Origin: Enterococcus alcedinis | GTDB lineage: Bacteria > Bacillota > Bacilli > Lactobacillales > Enterococcaceae | NCBI RefSeq assembly: GCF_014635985.1 | Contig: NZ_BMDT01000001.1 | Coordinates: forward strand, 157,293-221,292 | Length of the DNA stretch: 64,000 nucleotides | Reading direction: 5' to 3' | Shown here: piece after piece, positions 30,748 to 40,423 of the stretch | How the letters are laid out: each line of letters opens with the position of its first letter | Position numbering within the stretch: the stretch's first letter is position 1 | Notes under the pieces: model-generated | What the model saw: only the letters and a program-made list of their open reading frames with translations | Told to the model about the DNA's origin: nothing | Databases searched by the model: none | Translations under genes and position numbers: made by a program

Positions 30748-30757
30748 ATAGAACACC

Positions 30758-30800
30758 TTTAGTCGTAGCTTATTTTGCGACTAAAGGTGTATCTTTTTGT
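30758..30800 (+). terminator. Rho-independent terminator after trmFO.
   Basis: acacctttagtcg…cgactaaaggtgt stem followed by a T-run. Confidence 0.7.
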
Positions 30801-30868
30801 TTTACTGAAATATATCTTGTATAGTTGAAATGTATGCGCTATGATTTTATCAAAGGAGTGTGAGTCCG

Positions 30869-31285
30869 GTGTTTCGAGAAGTATTACATGATGTAACGAA
30901 TTATTTAGCGACGCAATCATTACTTGTGCAAACGATTAGTTGGTTGGTGATTATTTTATTACTCATTGTTGGTTTTTACCTCCTCGTTAGTTTGTTGTTT
31001 TTCCCTGGTATGTATCTATTCAATCGATTGACGGATAAAAATAAAAGCAATTCCTTGTCACGAGAAGAATTGTTACTCGGGCAACTGACACTCAAAATTC
31101 ATGGAGATTCTGTCGGAGAAGTCATGGAAGTTGGTAGTCAAACAGCACGCTCGACCTATCCGGCGCGATTGTATCGTGAAAAAGATCGTAAAGAAAATGT
31201 GCTATTAGAAAAAGGAACAAAAGTAATAATTATTGAATTTGATGATCAAGGAGTCGCGTGGGTCATTGAAAATAAAAACGCATAA
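30869..31285 (+). CDS. NfeD-like (YuaF-like) membrane protein with a C-terminal OB-fold.
   Basis: Two TM helices plus a C-terminal beta-rich domain. Sits immediately upstream of a flotillin gene, the canonical NfeD-SPFH pairing. The internal GTG (30869) is preferred for RBS spacing; the track starts at 30860. Confidence 0.6.
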   Translation: MFREVLHDVTNYLATQSLLVQTISWLVIILLLIVGFYLLVSLLFFPGMYLFNRLTDKNKSNSLSREELLLGQLTLKIHGDSVGEVMEVGSQTARSTYPARLYREKDRKENVLLEKGTKVIIIEFDDQGVAWVIENKNA

Positions 31286-31300
31286 AAAGGGGCGATTTAA

Positions 31301-32701
31301 ATGTTTCAAGTGTTTGGATTATTAGAAAATATATTTTTTTGGTTGATTTTAATCATAATTGGGTTATTAGCATTCTTAATGGCGCGTTATCGGATTGGAA
31401 AGCCCGATGAAGCGTTGATTGTCACCGGATCTTTTCTAGGCAAAGAAGGGATTAAAATTTTGAAGAATAGTGGAACGTTCGTTATTCCCATTGTTCAAAA
31501 AGCACATAAACTAAGTCTTTTGACACATAAATTAGAAATTGGAACACCTGAAGTTTATACAGAGCAAGGGGTACCTATTCTAGCGAGTGCAACGGTTTTA
31601 GTTAAAGTTGGGAACAGCGATGAGTCAATTAAAACGGCAGCAGAACAATATTTGGGTAAAACGACACTAGAGCTTGAAGATGAGGCAAGAGAAGTCTTAG
31701 AAGGTCACTTACGGGCTATTTTAGGGACGATGACTGTTGAGGCTATCTATCGTAACCGAGATGACTTTGCGGAACAAGTACAAAAAGTCGCTTCGACTGA
31801 TTTGAGTAAAATGGGATTAGAAATTGTGTCATTTACAATCAAAGATGTGACGGATCCAAATGGCTACTTAGATGCATTAGGGCGTCCACAAATCGCTGAA
31901 GTGAAGAAAAATGCTGAAGTTGCAGAATCGAATGCCTTACGTGAAACGAGAATTCGACAAGCGGCCAACGAACAATTAGCACAACAAGAAGAGATTCAAC
32001 GTCGTACGGAAATTGCGGAAGCAAATAAAGAGATGGCTCTAAAACAGGCTCACTATAAACAAGAACAAGAAGTGGCCAATGCAATCGCAGAACAAGTTGC
32101 AACAGGCGAACAAATGAAAGTACAATTAATTGAACAAGAAAAAAATATTGAAATTCAAGCAAAACAAGCGGAATTAGCCGAAAAAGAATTAACGGCAACG
32201 TTAAGAAAACGAGCAGAAGCGGATAAATACGTAGTGGAACAAAATGCCTTGGCAGATAAAGCACGTGAAATTGCAAAAGCGGAAGCTGAAGCTGCTAAAG
32301 TTCGTTTAGCAACAGAAGCGGAAGCTGAAAGAATTGAAAAATTAGGTCAAGCTGATGCTGAACGAATTGCGAAAATTGGTCAAGCGGAAGCTGAAAGCCA
32401 AGAGAAGATGGCTATTGCTTTACAAAAATTAAATGAAGCAGGTATTTTAATCGAATTCATTAAAGTCTTACCGGCAATTGCTAAAGAGGTCAACGCACCA
32501 ATTAGTAATATTGACAAAGTGGTCAGCTTCGGTGGTTCAGGCGGCATCCATGAAATGGGAGAAGCGGGTTTAGCTAGGACTTTTGATACGATTAAAGAAA
32601 CAACTGGGCTTGATTTGGTTCAACTAATCAATGAATCAATGGCTGTCAAGCAAGGAAATAAAGAACTCGTAGCAGCTGTGGAGCAGTCTAGTCAATCTTA
32701 A
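31301..32701 (+). CDS. floT: Flotillin-like SPFH/Band 7 protein (FloT/YuaG-like).
   Basis: N-terminal membrane hairpin, SPFH domain, then a long coiled-coil with EA-repeats (AEAEAAKVRLATEAEAERIEKLGQADAERIAKIGQAEAES). Confidence 0.85.
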   Translation: MFQVFGLLENIFFWLILIIIGLLAFLMARYRIGKPDEALIVTGSFLGKEGIKILKNSGTFVIPIVQKAHKLSLLTHKLEIGTPEVYTEQGVPILASATVLVKVGNSDESIKTAAEQYLGKTTLELEDEAREVLEGHLRAILGTMTVEAIYRNRDDFAEQVQKVASTDLSKMGLEIVSFTIKDVTDPNGYLDALGRPQIAEVKKNAEVAESNALRETRIRQAANEQLAQQEEIQRRTEIAEANKEMALKQAHYKQEQEVANAIAEQVATGEQMKVQLIEQEKNIEIQAKQAELAEKELTATLRKRAEADKYVVEQNALADKAREIAKAEAEAAKVRLATEAEAERIEKLGQADAERIAKIGQAEAESQEKMAIALQKLNEAGILIEFIKVLPAIAKEVNAPISNIDKVVSFGGSGGIHEMGEAGLARTFDTIKETTGLDLVQLINESMAVKQGNKELVAAVEQSSQS

Positions 32702-32790
32702 TTAATAATTAGAGAATTCAACTGAAAATAGTTGTCGATGATCCTTTTAGTAGGAAAATTGATAACTATTTTTTGTTAAAAGGACGAAAA

Positions 32791-32806
32791 AATTTTCATG
32801 AAAATT
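32791..32806. promoter_or_regulatory. Perfect 16-bp palindrome AATTTTCATGAAAATT; candidate CodY-box-like operator upstream of xerC-hslVU-codY.
   Basis: Read directly from the sequence. It resembles the 15-bp CodY consensus AATTTTCWGAAAATT but has one extra central base, giving 3 mismatches in the best register. Confidence 0.25.
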
Positions 32807-32963
32807 GCTTTAAATCAATCATTCGAAGCAATTATGAGGAAATTATGAATGAAATGTGTCTGATTTTGAAATAATTCCTTAAATTCTGACAATTGGCAAC
32901 AATTCAATTGTATTTTTTTATTTGCTATGCTAATCTTTAAAATGATTAGGATGGAGGGAGCAA

Positions 32964-33866
32964 ATGACTGTTAGAGATTGGGTACAAGAATTTATTCGCT
33001 ACTTGATTGTTGAGCGGGGATACTCCGATAAGACACGGATAGCTTATGAAAAAGATATCGAGGACTATCAATTGTTTTTATCAGAGACCGGCAATAATTC
33101 TTATTTGTCAGTTGATTACCGTGATGTTCGAATCTATTTAGGTTATTTAACGAATGAGAAAAAATATAGTCGCAATACGATTAATCGGAAAATGGCTAGC
33201 TTGCGTTCATTCTATCAATATCTTCTACGTCAAGAAGTGATTTCAGAAAATCCATTTAGTTATATCCATTTAAAAAAACAAAATCAACGGTTGCCTCATT
33301 TCTTCTATGAAAAAGAAATGGCATCACTAATCCAAAGCGTCCAAGGACAAGAACCGTTAGAGCAACGCAATCGTGCGTTACTCGAAATTCTTTATGGATC
33401 AGGGTTGCGTGTGAGCGAGTGTAGTCATCTGACATTAGCGACGATTGATTGGGAACATTCTGTTTTGCGAGTAGTTGGTAAAGGGAATAAAGAACGTTAT
33501 GTCCCATTTAATCAAACAGCAAAAGAAGCGTTACTGACTTATATTCAAGCAGGTCGTAATGAGTTGATGAGTCAGCATCAAACAACGCATGATTTTGTCT
33601 TTGTGAATCATTTAGGTGAACAGTTGACTGCAAAAGGGATTTCCTATGTTTTAAATCAAATCATCAAAAAGGGAAGTCTAGATTTACAGATTAATCCCCA
33701 TAAATTGCGCCACACATTCGCGACTCATTTACTAAATAATGGAGCGGATATGCGAACCGTGCAAGAGTTGCTAGGTCATGAAAACTTATCGACGACGCAA
33801 ATCTATACGCACGTTACAAAAGAAAGTTTACAAAAAAATTATCGACAATTTCATCCTAGGGCTTAA
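32964..33866 (+). CDS. xerC: Tyrosine recombinase XerC (CodV).
   Basis: Phage-integrase fold with R…HxxR…Y catalytic residues (LRHTFATHLL…IYTH). Conserved position ahead of hslVU-codY. Confidence 0.85.
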   Translation: MTVRDWVQEFIRYLIVERGYSDKTRIAYEKDIEDYQLFLSETGNNSYLSVDYRDVRIYLGYLTNEKKYSRNTINRKMASLRSFYQYLLRQEVISENPFSYIHLKKQNQRLPHFFYEKEMASLIQSVQGQEPLEQRNRALLEILYGSGLRVSECSHLTLATIDWEHSVLRVVGKGNKERYVPFNQTAKEALLTYIQAGRNELMSQHQTTHDFVFVNHLGEQLTAKGISYVLNQIIKKGSLDLQINPHKLRHTFATHLLNNGADMRTVQELLGHENLSTTQIYTHVTKESLQKNYRQFHPRA

Positions 33867-33905
33867 CGTTTTAGTTGATGAAAACATATAAAGGAGCACG
33901 AAGTT

Positions 33906-34451
33906 ATGAAACCAGAATTTCACTCAACAACGATTTGTGCCATTGAAAAAGATGGCAAATTTGCGATGGCTGGTGACGGTCAAGTGACCATGGGCGAGCA
34001 GATCGTAATGAAAGGTACAGCTAAAAAAGTCCGTCGTATCTACCATGATCAAGTGGTAGTTGGATTTGCCGGTAGTGTCGCAGATGCCTTTACATTAGAA
34101 GAGAAATTTGAAGAAAAACTAAACGAATACAATGGTAATTTACAAAGAGCTGCCGTTGAATTGGCTCAAGAGTGGCGTACAAAACAATCAATGCAAAAAT
34201 TAGAAGCGATGTTAATCGTCATGAATAATAAAGAAATGTTGCTTGTTTCTGGAACGGGTGAGGTCATTGCACCAGATGATGGCATTCTTGCAATTGGTTC
34301 AGGTGGAAACTATGCCTTAGCAGCTGCTCGTGCGATGAAACAGTACGGTGGGGCTGATTTAAGTGCAAGTGAGATTGCCAAAAATGCCCTAACGGTTGCA
34401 GCAGACATTTGTGTCTTTACAAACCATAATATTATTGTGGAGGAATTTTAA
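33906..34451 (+). CDS. hslV: ATP-dependent protease subunit HslV (ClpQ).
   Basis: [22 protein letters not shown]-terminal threonine protease motif. Confidence 0.95.
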   Translation: MKPEFHSTTICAIEKDGKFAMAGDGQVTMGEQIVMKGTAKKVRRIYHDQVVVGFAGSVADAFTLEEKFEEKLNEYNGNLQRAAVELAQEWRTKQSMQKLEAMLIVMNNKEMLLVSGTGEVIAPDDGILAIGSGGNYALAAARAMKQYGGADLSASEIAKNALTVAADICVFTNHNIIVEEF

Positions 34452-34453
34452 TT

Positions 34454-35851
34454 ATGATGAATCAAAATATATCACCAAAAGAAATCGTTGCGGAATTAGA
34501 CCGCTATATTATTGGTCAGCAAGCTGCTAAAAAATCAGTTGCTGTTGCGTTACGTAATCGCTATCGTCGTCTGCAATTAGAAGAAGAGATGCAGCAAGAA
34601 GTTACACCTAAAAATATTTTAATGATTGGTCCGACTGGGGTAGGTAAGACTGAAATTGCTCGCCGTTTAGCTAAAATTGTTCAGGCTCCATTTGTAAAAG
34701 TTGAGGCGACAAAGTTCACCGAAGTTGGTTACGTTGGTCGTGACGTAGAATCGATGGTCCGTGATTTAGTTGAACATGCGATTCAAATTGTTCGGAAAGA
34801 ACAATTTTCGCGTGTTCGTATTCGTGCAGAAAAAAAAGCGAACCGTCGCTTAGCGAAAGTATTGGTACCAGGGATTCGTAAGGAGCAAAAGAAAGCGGTC
34901 AATCCTTATGAACAAATGATGTCGATGTTTAATCAAGTACAACAGCCTGAAGAAGTCAAAGAAGAATTAACCGATGATATTCGTAGCAATCGTCAATCGA
35001 TCTATGAGCAGTTAGAGCAAGGATTGCTAGATGCTCGCGAAGTCACAATTGAAATTGATGAACCGAAAACGACTGCGCCTTCCATGAATAATGGTTTAGA
35101 GCAAATGGGGATCGACCTTAATGAAACATTGGGCGCATTAAAGCCACGTAAAAAAATTGAACGCACGGTAACGGTGAAAGAAGCACGTGAATTACTGATT
35201 CAAGAAGAATCTTCAAAAATGGTCAATGATTCGGATATCCATAGCGAAGCCTTACGTTTAGCTGAATCAAGCGGGATTATTTTTATTGATGAGATTGATA
35301 AAATTACGTCAAAATCACAACAATCAGGAGAGGTATCTCGTGAAGGAGTGCAACGTGATATTTTACCAATTGTTGAAGGTTCACAAGTTAATACAAAATA
35401 TGGTGTAATTCACACCGATCATATTTTATTTATCGCTTCAGGTGCTTTCCATTTATCAAAACCAAGTGACTTGATTCCTGAATTACAAGGCCGTTTTCCA
35501 ATTCGTGTTGAGTTGGATGATTTAACAGCGGAAGACTTTGTAAAGATTTTAAAAGAACCGAATAACGCTTTGGTAAAACAATATATCGCATTACTGGGAA
35601 CGGAAGGTGTGAAGATTACCTTTACGCTAGAATCGTTGGAACGCATCGCGGAACTGGCTTTTCAAGTCAACCGTGATACCGATAATATCGGTGCGCGACG
35701 TTTGCATACGATTTTAGAAAAACTATTAGAAGACTTATTGTTTGAAGCGTCTGAGATTCAATTAGCTGAAATTACAATTACCGAAGCCTATGTCGATGAA
35801 AAATTAGCTGAAATTGTGAAGAATGAAGATTTAAGTCGCTATATACTTTAA
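34454..35851 (+). CDS. hslU: ATP-dependent protease ATPase subunit HslU (ClpY).
   Basis: AAA+ Walker A ([15 protein letters not shown]) and Walker B ([10 protein letters not shown]) motifs. Confidence 0.95.
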   Translation: MMNQNISPKEIVAELDRYIIGQQAAKKSVAVALRNRYRRLQLEEEMQQEVTPKNILMIGPTGVGKTEIARRLAKIVQAPFVKVEATKFTEVGYVGRDVESMVRDLVEHAIQIVRKEQFSRVRIRAEKKANRRLAKVLVPGIRKEQKKAVNPYEQMMSMFNQVQQPEEVKEELTDDIRSNRQSIYEQLEQGLLDAREVTIEIDEPKTTAPSMNNGLEQMGIDLNETLGALKPRKKIERTVTVKEARELLIQEESSKMVNDSDIHSEALRLAESSGIIFIDEIDKITSKSQQSGEVSREGVQRDILPIVEGSQVNTKYGVIHTDHILFIASGAFHLSKPSDLIPELQGRFPIRVELDDLTAEDFVKILKEPNNALVKQYIALLGTEGVKITFTLESLERIAELAFQVNRDTDNIGARRLHTILEKLLEDLLFEASEIQLAEITITEAYVDEKLAEIVKNEDLSRYIL

Positions 35852-35867
35852 GCTTGGGGGAGTAAAA

Positions 35868-36653
35868 ATGAGTACACTGTTAGAAAAGACAAGACAAATC
35901 AACGAGTTGCTGCAACAAAAGAATACATTTGATTTAGCAACAGATTTGCCTTACGATAAAATGGCAATCGTTTTAGGGGATATCTTGAATAGTAATGCAT
36001 ATATTATTAGTCAAGATGGCGCGTTGCTTGGTTTTAATGAAAAACATGACGTCAACAATGATCGTGTAAAAAATATGTTTATTGAAAAACAGTTTCCGAA
36101 AAGCTACACTTATATGGCGGACCGGTTGGCTAGTACAGAGGCCAATATACCAATTAGTAGTGACTTGACGGCTTTTCCAATCGAATCACGTGAGCTTTAT
36201 CCAGAAGGCGTGACAACCGTTGTACCAATCTATGGTGCGGGTTCTCGCTTAGGAACTATTATTTTGTCAAGAATTGACCAGTTTTTTGATGATGAGGCGC
36301 TTGTGTTGGCTGAATATAGCGCGACAGTAGTCGGTATGCAAATTTTGTATCAACAATCAAGAAATATCGAGGAAGCCGTTCGTAGTACCACTGCTGTTCA
36401 AATGGCGATTAGCACGTTATCATATAGTGAACTGATTGCTGTCCAAGCAATCTTTAAAGCCTTGGATGGTGATGAGGGGCGTTTAACAGCTTCAAATATT
36501 GCTGATGAGATTGGGATTACTCGTTCCGTGATTGTTAATGCTCTACGTAAGTTAGAGTCAGCTGGTATTATTGAGTCTCGTTCATTAGGGATGAAAGGTA
36601 CCTATTTAAAAGTGTTAAATCACCGCTTTAAAGAAGAATTAAATAAAGCTTAA
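35868..36653 (+). CDS. codY: GTP-sensing global regulator CodY.
   Basis: GAF domain plus a C-terminal wHTH (ASNIADEIGITRSVIVNALRKLESAGIIESRSLGMKGTY). Confidence 0.95.
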   Translation: MSTLLEKTRQINELLQQKNTFDLATDLPYDKMAIVLGDILNSNAYIISQDGALLGFNEKHDVNNDRVKNMFIEKQFPKSYTYMADRLASTEANIPISSDLTAFPIESRELYPEGVTTVVPIYGAGSRLGTIILSRIDQFFDDEALVLAEYSATVVGMQILYQQSRNIEEAVRSTTAVQMAISTLSYSELIAVQAIFKALDGDEGRLTASNIADEIGITRSVIVNALRKLESAGIIESRSLGMKGTYLKVLNHRFKEELNKA

Positions 36654-36675
36654 GAACTTGTGAGGGGGATTTGGT

Positions 36676-37551
36676 ATGAAAGTAACAATTGAAACGGATT
36701 ATTTACAAGCGACGATCGACTCGTATGGTGCGGAGTTGCAAAGCCTATATAGTAAAGAACATAAAATAGAATATTTGTGGAAAGGCGATCCGGAGTTTTG
36801 GGGACGTCACGCACCGGTCTTATTTCCCTTTGTGGGTTCCCTGAAAGATCAGCAATACACGCATCAAGGGCAAACGTATACGATGGGACAGCATGGTTTT
36901 GCTCGTGATATGGAATTTTCACTCGTAGAACAAAAGAAAGATGAAGTAACTTTTGTTTTAAAAAGTAATAAAACAACTAAAGCGGTCTATCCGTTTGATT
37001 TTCAGTTGTTTATTTCCTATCAACTTGGTGGTGATGGCATCACAACGTATTATCGTGTAGTGAATGAATCGGATGAGATGATGTATTTTTCGATTGGTGG
37101 ACATCCAGCTTTTAATGTGCCATTAGAAGAAGACTTAACTTTTGAAGATTATTACTTAAAAACGTCACCTATGAAGTCTCGTATTCAGATCCCATTAGTT
37201 GGACCACTCGTTGACTTGGAGCACCGCACATTAGGACAAACAAATGCAACAATTGCTTTTACACGTGATTTATTTGAAAAAGATGCCTTAATTTATGAAA
37301 CACTTGGTTTGAATTCTTTTTCAATTTGTAGTGATAAATCGCCACATAGTGTGACATTATCGTATAATAACTTACCATTTGTTGGTATTTGGTCACCTTA
37401 TGGAAAAGAAGCACCGTTTGTTTGTATTGAACCATGGTCAGGTGTAGCAGATGCGATTGATGCAAGTGGAGAATTAAGTGAGAAATTCGGGATTCAAAAA
37501 TTGGCGAGTCAAGCTGAATTTTTCTCGAAATACGCGATTACGGTTAAATAA
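36676..37551 (+). CDS. Aldose 1-epimerase family protein (LacX-like).
   Basis: 291 aa. Galactose-mutarotase-like fold motifs (HPAFN…, …EPW). Confidence 0.7.
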   Translation: MKVTIETDYLQATIDSYGAELQSLYSKEHKIEYLWKGDPEFWGRHAPVLFPFVGSLKDQQYTHQGQTYTMGQHGFARDMEFSLVEQKKDEVTFVLKSNKTTKAVYPFDFQLFISYQLGGDGITTYYRVVNESDEMMYFSIGGHPAFNVPLEEDLTFEDYYLKTSPMKSRIQIPLVGPLVDLEHRTLGQTNATIAFTRDLFEKDALIYETLGLNSFSICSDKSPHSVTLSYNNLPFVGIWSPYGKEAPFVCIEPWSGVADAIDASGELSEKFGIQKLASQAEFFSKYAITVK

Positions 37552-37600
37552 GAAAAACGTTGAGTAATCGGATTTTTGATATCCGCTACTCAACGTTTAT

Positions 37601-38233
37601 TTATTTTTTTGTTTGATTTAAACCAAATGGAACTTTGCTCTCTGTCCCATTTTTGATACGTGAAATATTATCTTTATGCCGAAAAACGATAAAAAACGTA
37701 ACACAGACTGCAATGACCGTCAGTAGCCAATCTTGTGTTGTCAGTAAAAAGGGGGCTATTTTTGGTGCAAAGATGGTAAGTATCGTAATAATGAATGCGG
37801 CAATCATGCTCGATAAGCTAACCATGCTAGTGATGTATAGCAGGATTATAAAAAGTAAAATAGAGAAAATAAAAAACACTGGGTTGTAAGCTAACAACAT
37901 TCCTGCACTTGTTGCAACTGCTTTTCCGCCTTTAAAACGGGCGAAAATAGGGAAGGTGTGACCTAAAATTGCTGCACAGCCAAACCAGAGTGGGTTAATA
38001 TTTTCTAAGTGAAAGATTAAAGGGAGCATCGTAGCTAAAGTTCCTTTAAAAATATCCATAAATAAAACGATAATTCCTGCTTTTTTTCCTAAAACTCGGA
38101 AGGTATTCGTTGTTCCGGTGTTACCACTACCAAATTGGCGAATATCTTTTTTAAAGAATAATTGGCCAATCCAGACGCCAGAAGGAATCGAACCGAGAAG
38201 ATAAGCGATAAAAAGAAATAAAATAATTTTCAT
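37601..38233 (-). CDS. plsY: Glycerol-3-phosphate acyltransferase PlsY.
   Basis: [12 protein letters not shown]…[11 protein letters not shown]-terminal motifs. 210 aa polytopic membrane protein. Confidence 0.9.
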   Translation of the reverse strand: MKIILFLFIAYLLGSIPSGVWIGQLFFKKDIRQFGSGNTGTTNTFRVLGKKAGIIVLFMDIFKGTLATMLPLIFHLENINPLWFGCAAILGHTFPIFARFKGGKAVATSAGMLLAYNPVFFIFSILLFIILLYITSMVSLSSMIAAFIITILTIFAPKIAPFLLTTQDWLLTVIAVCVTFFIVFRHKDNISRIKNGTESKVPFGLNQTKK

Positions 38234-38413
38234 AATAACTCACTTTCTAAAAAAATCTAGTTTCATCTTAGCACGAAAAAAGAGTTTCAACAATCGATTT
38301 ATTTTAGTGTGTCATAAAAACGATTCAATAATATATATGGAATATTTTTGCGAATTAGGGTAGTTATGATGTATAATGATTCGAGTGATTTTATAAACAA
38401 AGGAGCGTTTGCT

Positions 38414-40411
38414 TTGGTAAAAAAGAATGTAACAGAATACAATGATGCTTCAATCCAAGTATTAGAAGGATTAGAAGCCGTTCGAAAAAGACCAGGAATG
38501 TATATTGGGTCGACGGATAGTCGTGGTTTGCATCATCTCGTTTATGAAATCGTAGATAATGCCGTTGATGAAGTTTTGTCCGGTTATGGGGATAAAATTG
38601 AAGTGGTTTTACACAAAGATAACAGTATTAGTGTGGAGGATTTTGGCCGAGGTATGCCTGTTGGGCTACATACATCAGGAGTTTCAACTGTTCAAGTGAT
38701 CTTTACTGTCTTACATGCCGGTGGGAAATTTGGGCAAGGTGGTTATAAAACATCCGGTGGTCTACACGGTGTGGGTGCAAGTGTTGTAAATGCCCTATCT
38801 CAATGGTTAACCGTCTCGATTTATCGTGATGGAGTAGAATACAGCCAAAAATTTAAAGATGGTGGAAAACCAGATGGCAAATTAAAAAAAGTTGGGAAAA
38901 CAAAGCGTGGAAATGGAACAAAAGTTCATTTTCTACCAGATACATCTATTTTTTCAGTGACTAAGTTTTCTTATGATACGCTATCAGAACGTTTACGCGA
39001 GTCGGCTTTTTTATTAAAAGGCGTCCAAATTCGTTTAGTTGATTTAAGAGAAACTGAGGAGGTTGAAGAAACTTTCCATTACGACGAAGGGATTTCAGCC
39101 TTCGTTGCGTATTTAAATGAAGAAAAAGATAGTCTGACACCGATTATGTATTTTTCAGGCGAAAAAGAAGGAATTGAAGTCGAGGTAGCGATTCAGTACA
39201 ACGATGGCTTCTCAGAAAATCTTCTTTCATTTGTTAATAATGTTCGAACAAGAGATGGCGGGACACATGAAGTCGGAATGAAGACTGCTTTAACGAAAGC
39301 TTTTAATGAATATGCGCGGAAAGTAAATTTATTAAAGGAAAAAGATAAGAACTTAGAAGGTAGTGATTTCCGCGAAGGATTAGCTGCTATTCTGTCAATT
39401 CGTGTACCAGAGAACCTTCTGCAATTCGAAGGACAAACAAAAGAAAAACTAGGGACACCTGTTGCTAGAAGTATCGTGGAGCAAATTGTGAATGAACAAC
39501 TCGGCTACTATTTACTTGAAAATAGCGAAACGAGTCAAATGTTAATTCGTAAAGCTTTAAAAGCCCGTGAGGCCCGTGAAGCGGCTCGTAAGGCACGTGA
39601 AGAAAGCCGTAATGGTAAAAAACGTAAAAAAGGTGAATCGTTACTTTCAGGGAAATTAACACCAGCACAATCACGTAACCCTAAGAAAAACGAATTGTAT
39701 TTAGTCGAAGGAGACTCGGCGGGTGGCTCGGCGAAACAAGGAAGAGACCGTAAGTTCCAGGCCATTTTACCGTTACGTGGAAAAGTAATCAACACGGAAA
39801 AAGCAAAAATGCAAGACATCTTAAAAAATGAAGAAATCAATACGATGATCTATACAATTGGTGCGGGTGTTGGTCCGGAGTTTTCGATTGAAGACTGTAA
39901 TTACGATAAAGTGATTATCATGACCGATGCCGATACTGATGGTGCGCATATTCAAGTCTTATTATTGACATTCTTTTATCGTTATATGAAACCATTAATT
40001 GAAGCCGGAAAAATTTATATTGCTTTGCCGCCACTTTATAAAGTTTCTAGAGGAGTAGGTAAAAAAGAAGTCATTGAATACGCTTGGACGGAAGATGAAT
40101 TACAAGAAAAAATTCAAAAAATCGGTCGCGGCTATATGATCCAACGCTATAAAGGTTTAGGTGAAATGAACGCGGATCAGTTATGGGACACGACAATGGA
40201 TCCTAGTACACGAACGTTAATCCGTGTGTGGATCGATGATGCGGCGCAAGCCGAGCGTCGAGTAACGACTTTAATGGGGGATAAAGTACCACCTCGTCGA
40301 AAATGGATTGAAAATAACGTGAAATTTACGTTAGAAGATTCTGTTGGTATCTTGGATAAAGAAGCCAATAAATCTACGACAAACAATGAAAGTGACTTAA
40401 TGGAAGAGTAG
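38414..40411 (+). CDS. parE: DNA topoisomerase IV subunit B.
   Basis: GHKL ATPase, TOPRIM (EGDSAGG) and PLRGK motifs. Paired with the downstream parC. TTG start at 38414 with RBS AAAGGAG; the track starts at 38348. Confidence 0.9.
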   Translation: MVKKNVTEYNDASIQVLEGLEAVRKRPGMYIGSTDSRGLHHLVYEIVDNAVDEVLSGYGDKIEVVLHKDNSISVEDFGRGMPVGLHTSGVSTVQVIFTVLHAGGKFGQGGYKTSGGLHGVGASVVNALSQWLTVSIYRDGVEYSQKFKDGGKPDGKLKKVGKTKRGNGTKVHFLPDTSIFSVTKFSYDTLSERLRESAFLLKGVQIRLVDLRETEEVEETFHYDEGISAFVAYLNEEKDSLTPIMYFSGEKEGIEVEVAIQYNDGFSENLLSFVNNVRTRDGGTHEVGMKTALTKAFNEYARKVNLLKEKDKNLEGSDFREGLAAILSIRVPENLLQFEGQTKEKLGTPVARSIVEQIVNEQLGYYLLENSETSQMLIRKALKAREAREAARKAREESRNGKKRKKGESLLSGKLTPAQSRNPKKNELYLVEGDSAGGSAKQGRDRKFQAILPLRGKVINTEKAKMQDILKNEEINTMIYTIGAGVGPEFSIEDCNYDKVIIMTDADTDGAHIQVLLLTFFYRYMKPLIEAGKIYIALPPLYKVSRGVGKKEVIEYAWTEDELQEKIQKIGRGYMIQRYKGLGEMNADQLWDTTMDPSTRTLIRVWIDDAAQAERRVTTLMGDKVPPRRKWIENNVKFTLEDSVGILDKEANKSTTNNESDLMEE

Positions 40412-40423
40412 GAGAGATCACTA

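Noticed and set aside
32280-32420. Apparent tandem repeats (gaagcggaagctgaa...) in the nucleotide sequence.
   Set aside because: They fall inside floT and encode the flotillin EA-repeat coiled-coil. They are coding repeats, not a CRISPR array or VNTR.
32964-33866. Tyrosine recombinase, considered as an integrase marking a mobile element.
   Set aside because: The context (upstream of hslVU-codY, as in Bacillus codV) identifies it as the chromosomal dimer-resolution recombinase XerC. No phage or island cargo is adjacent.
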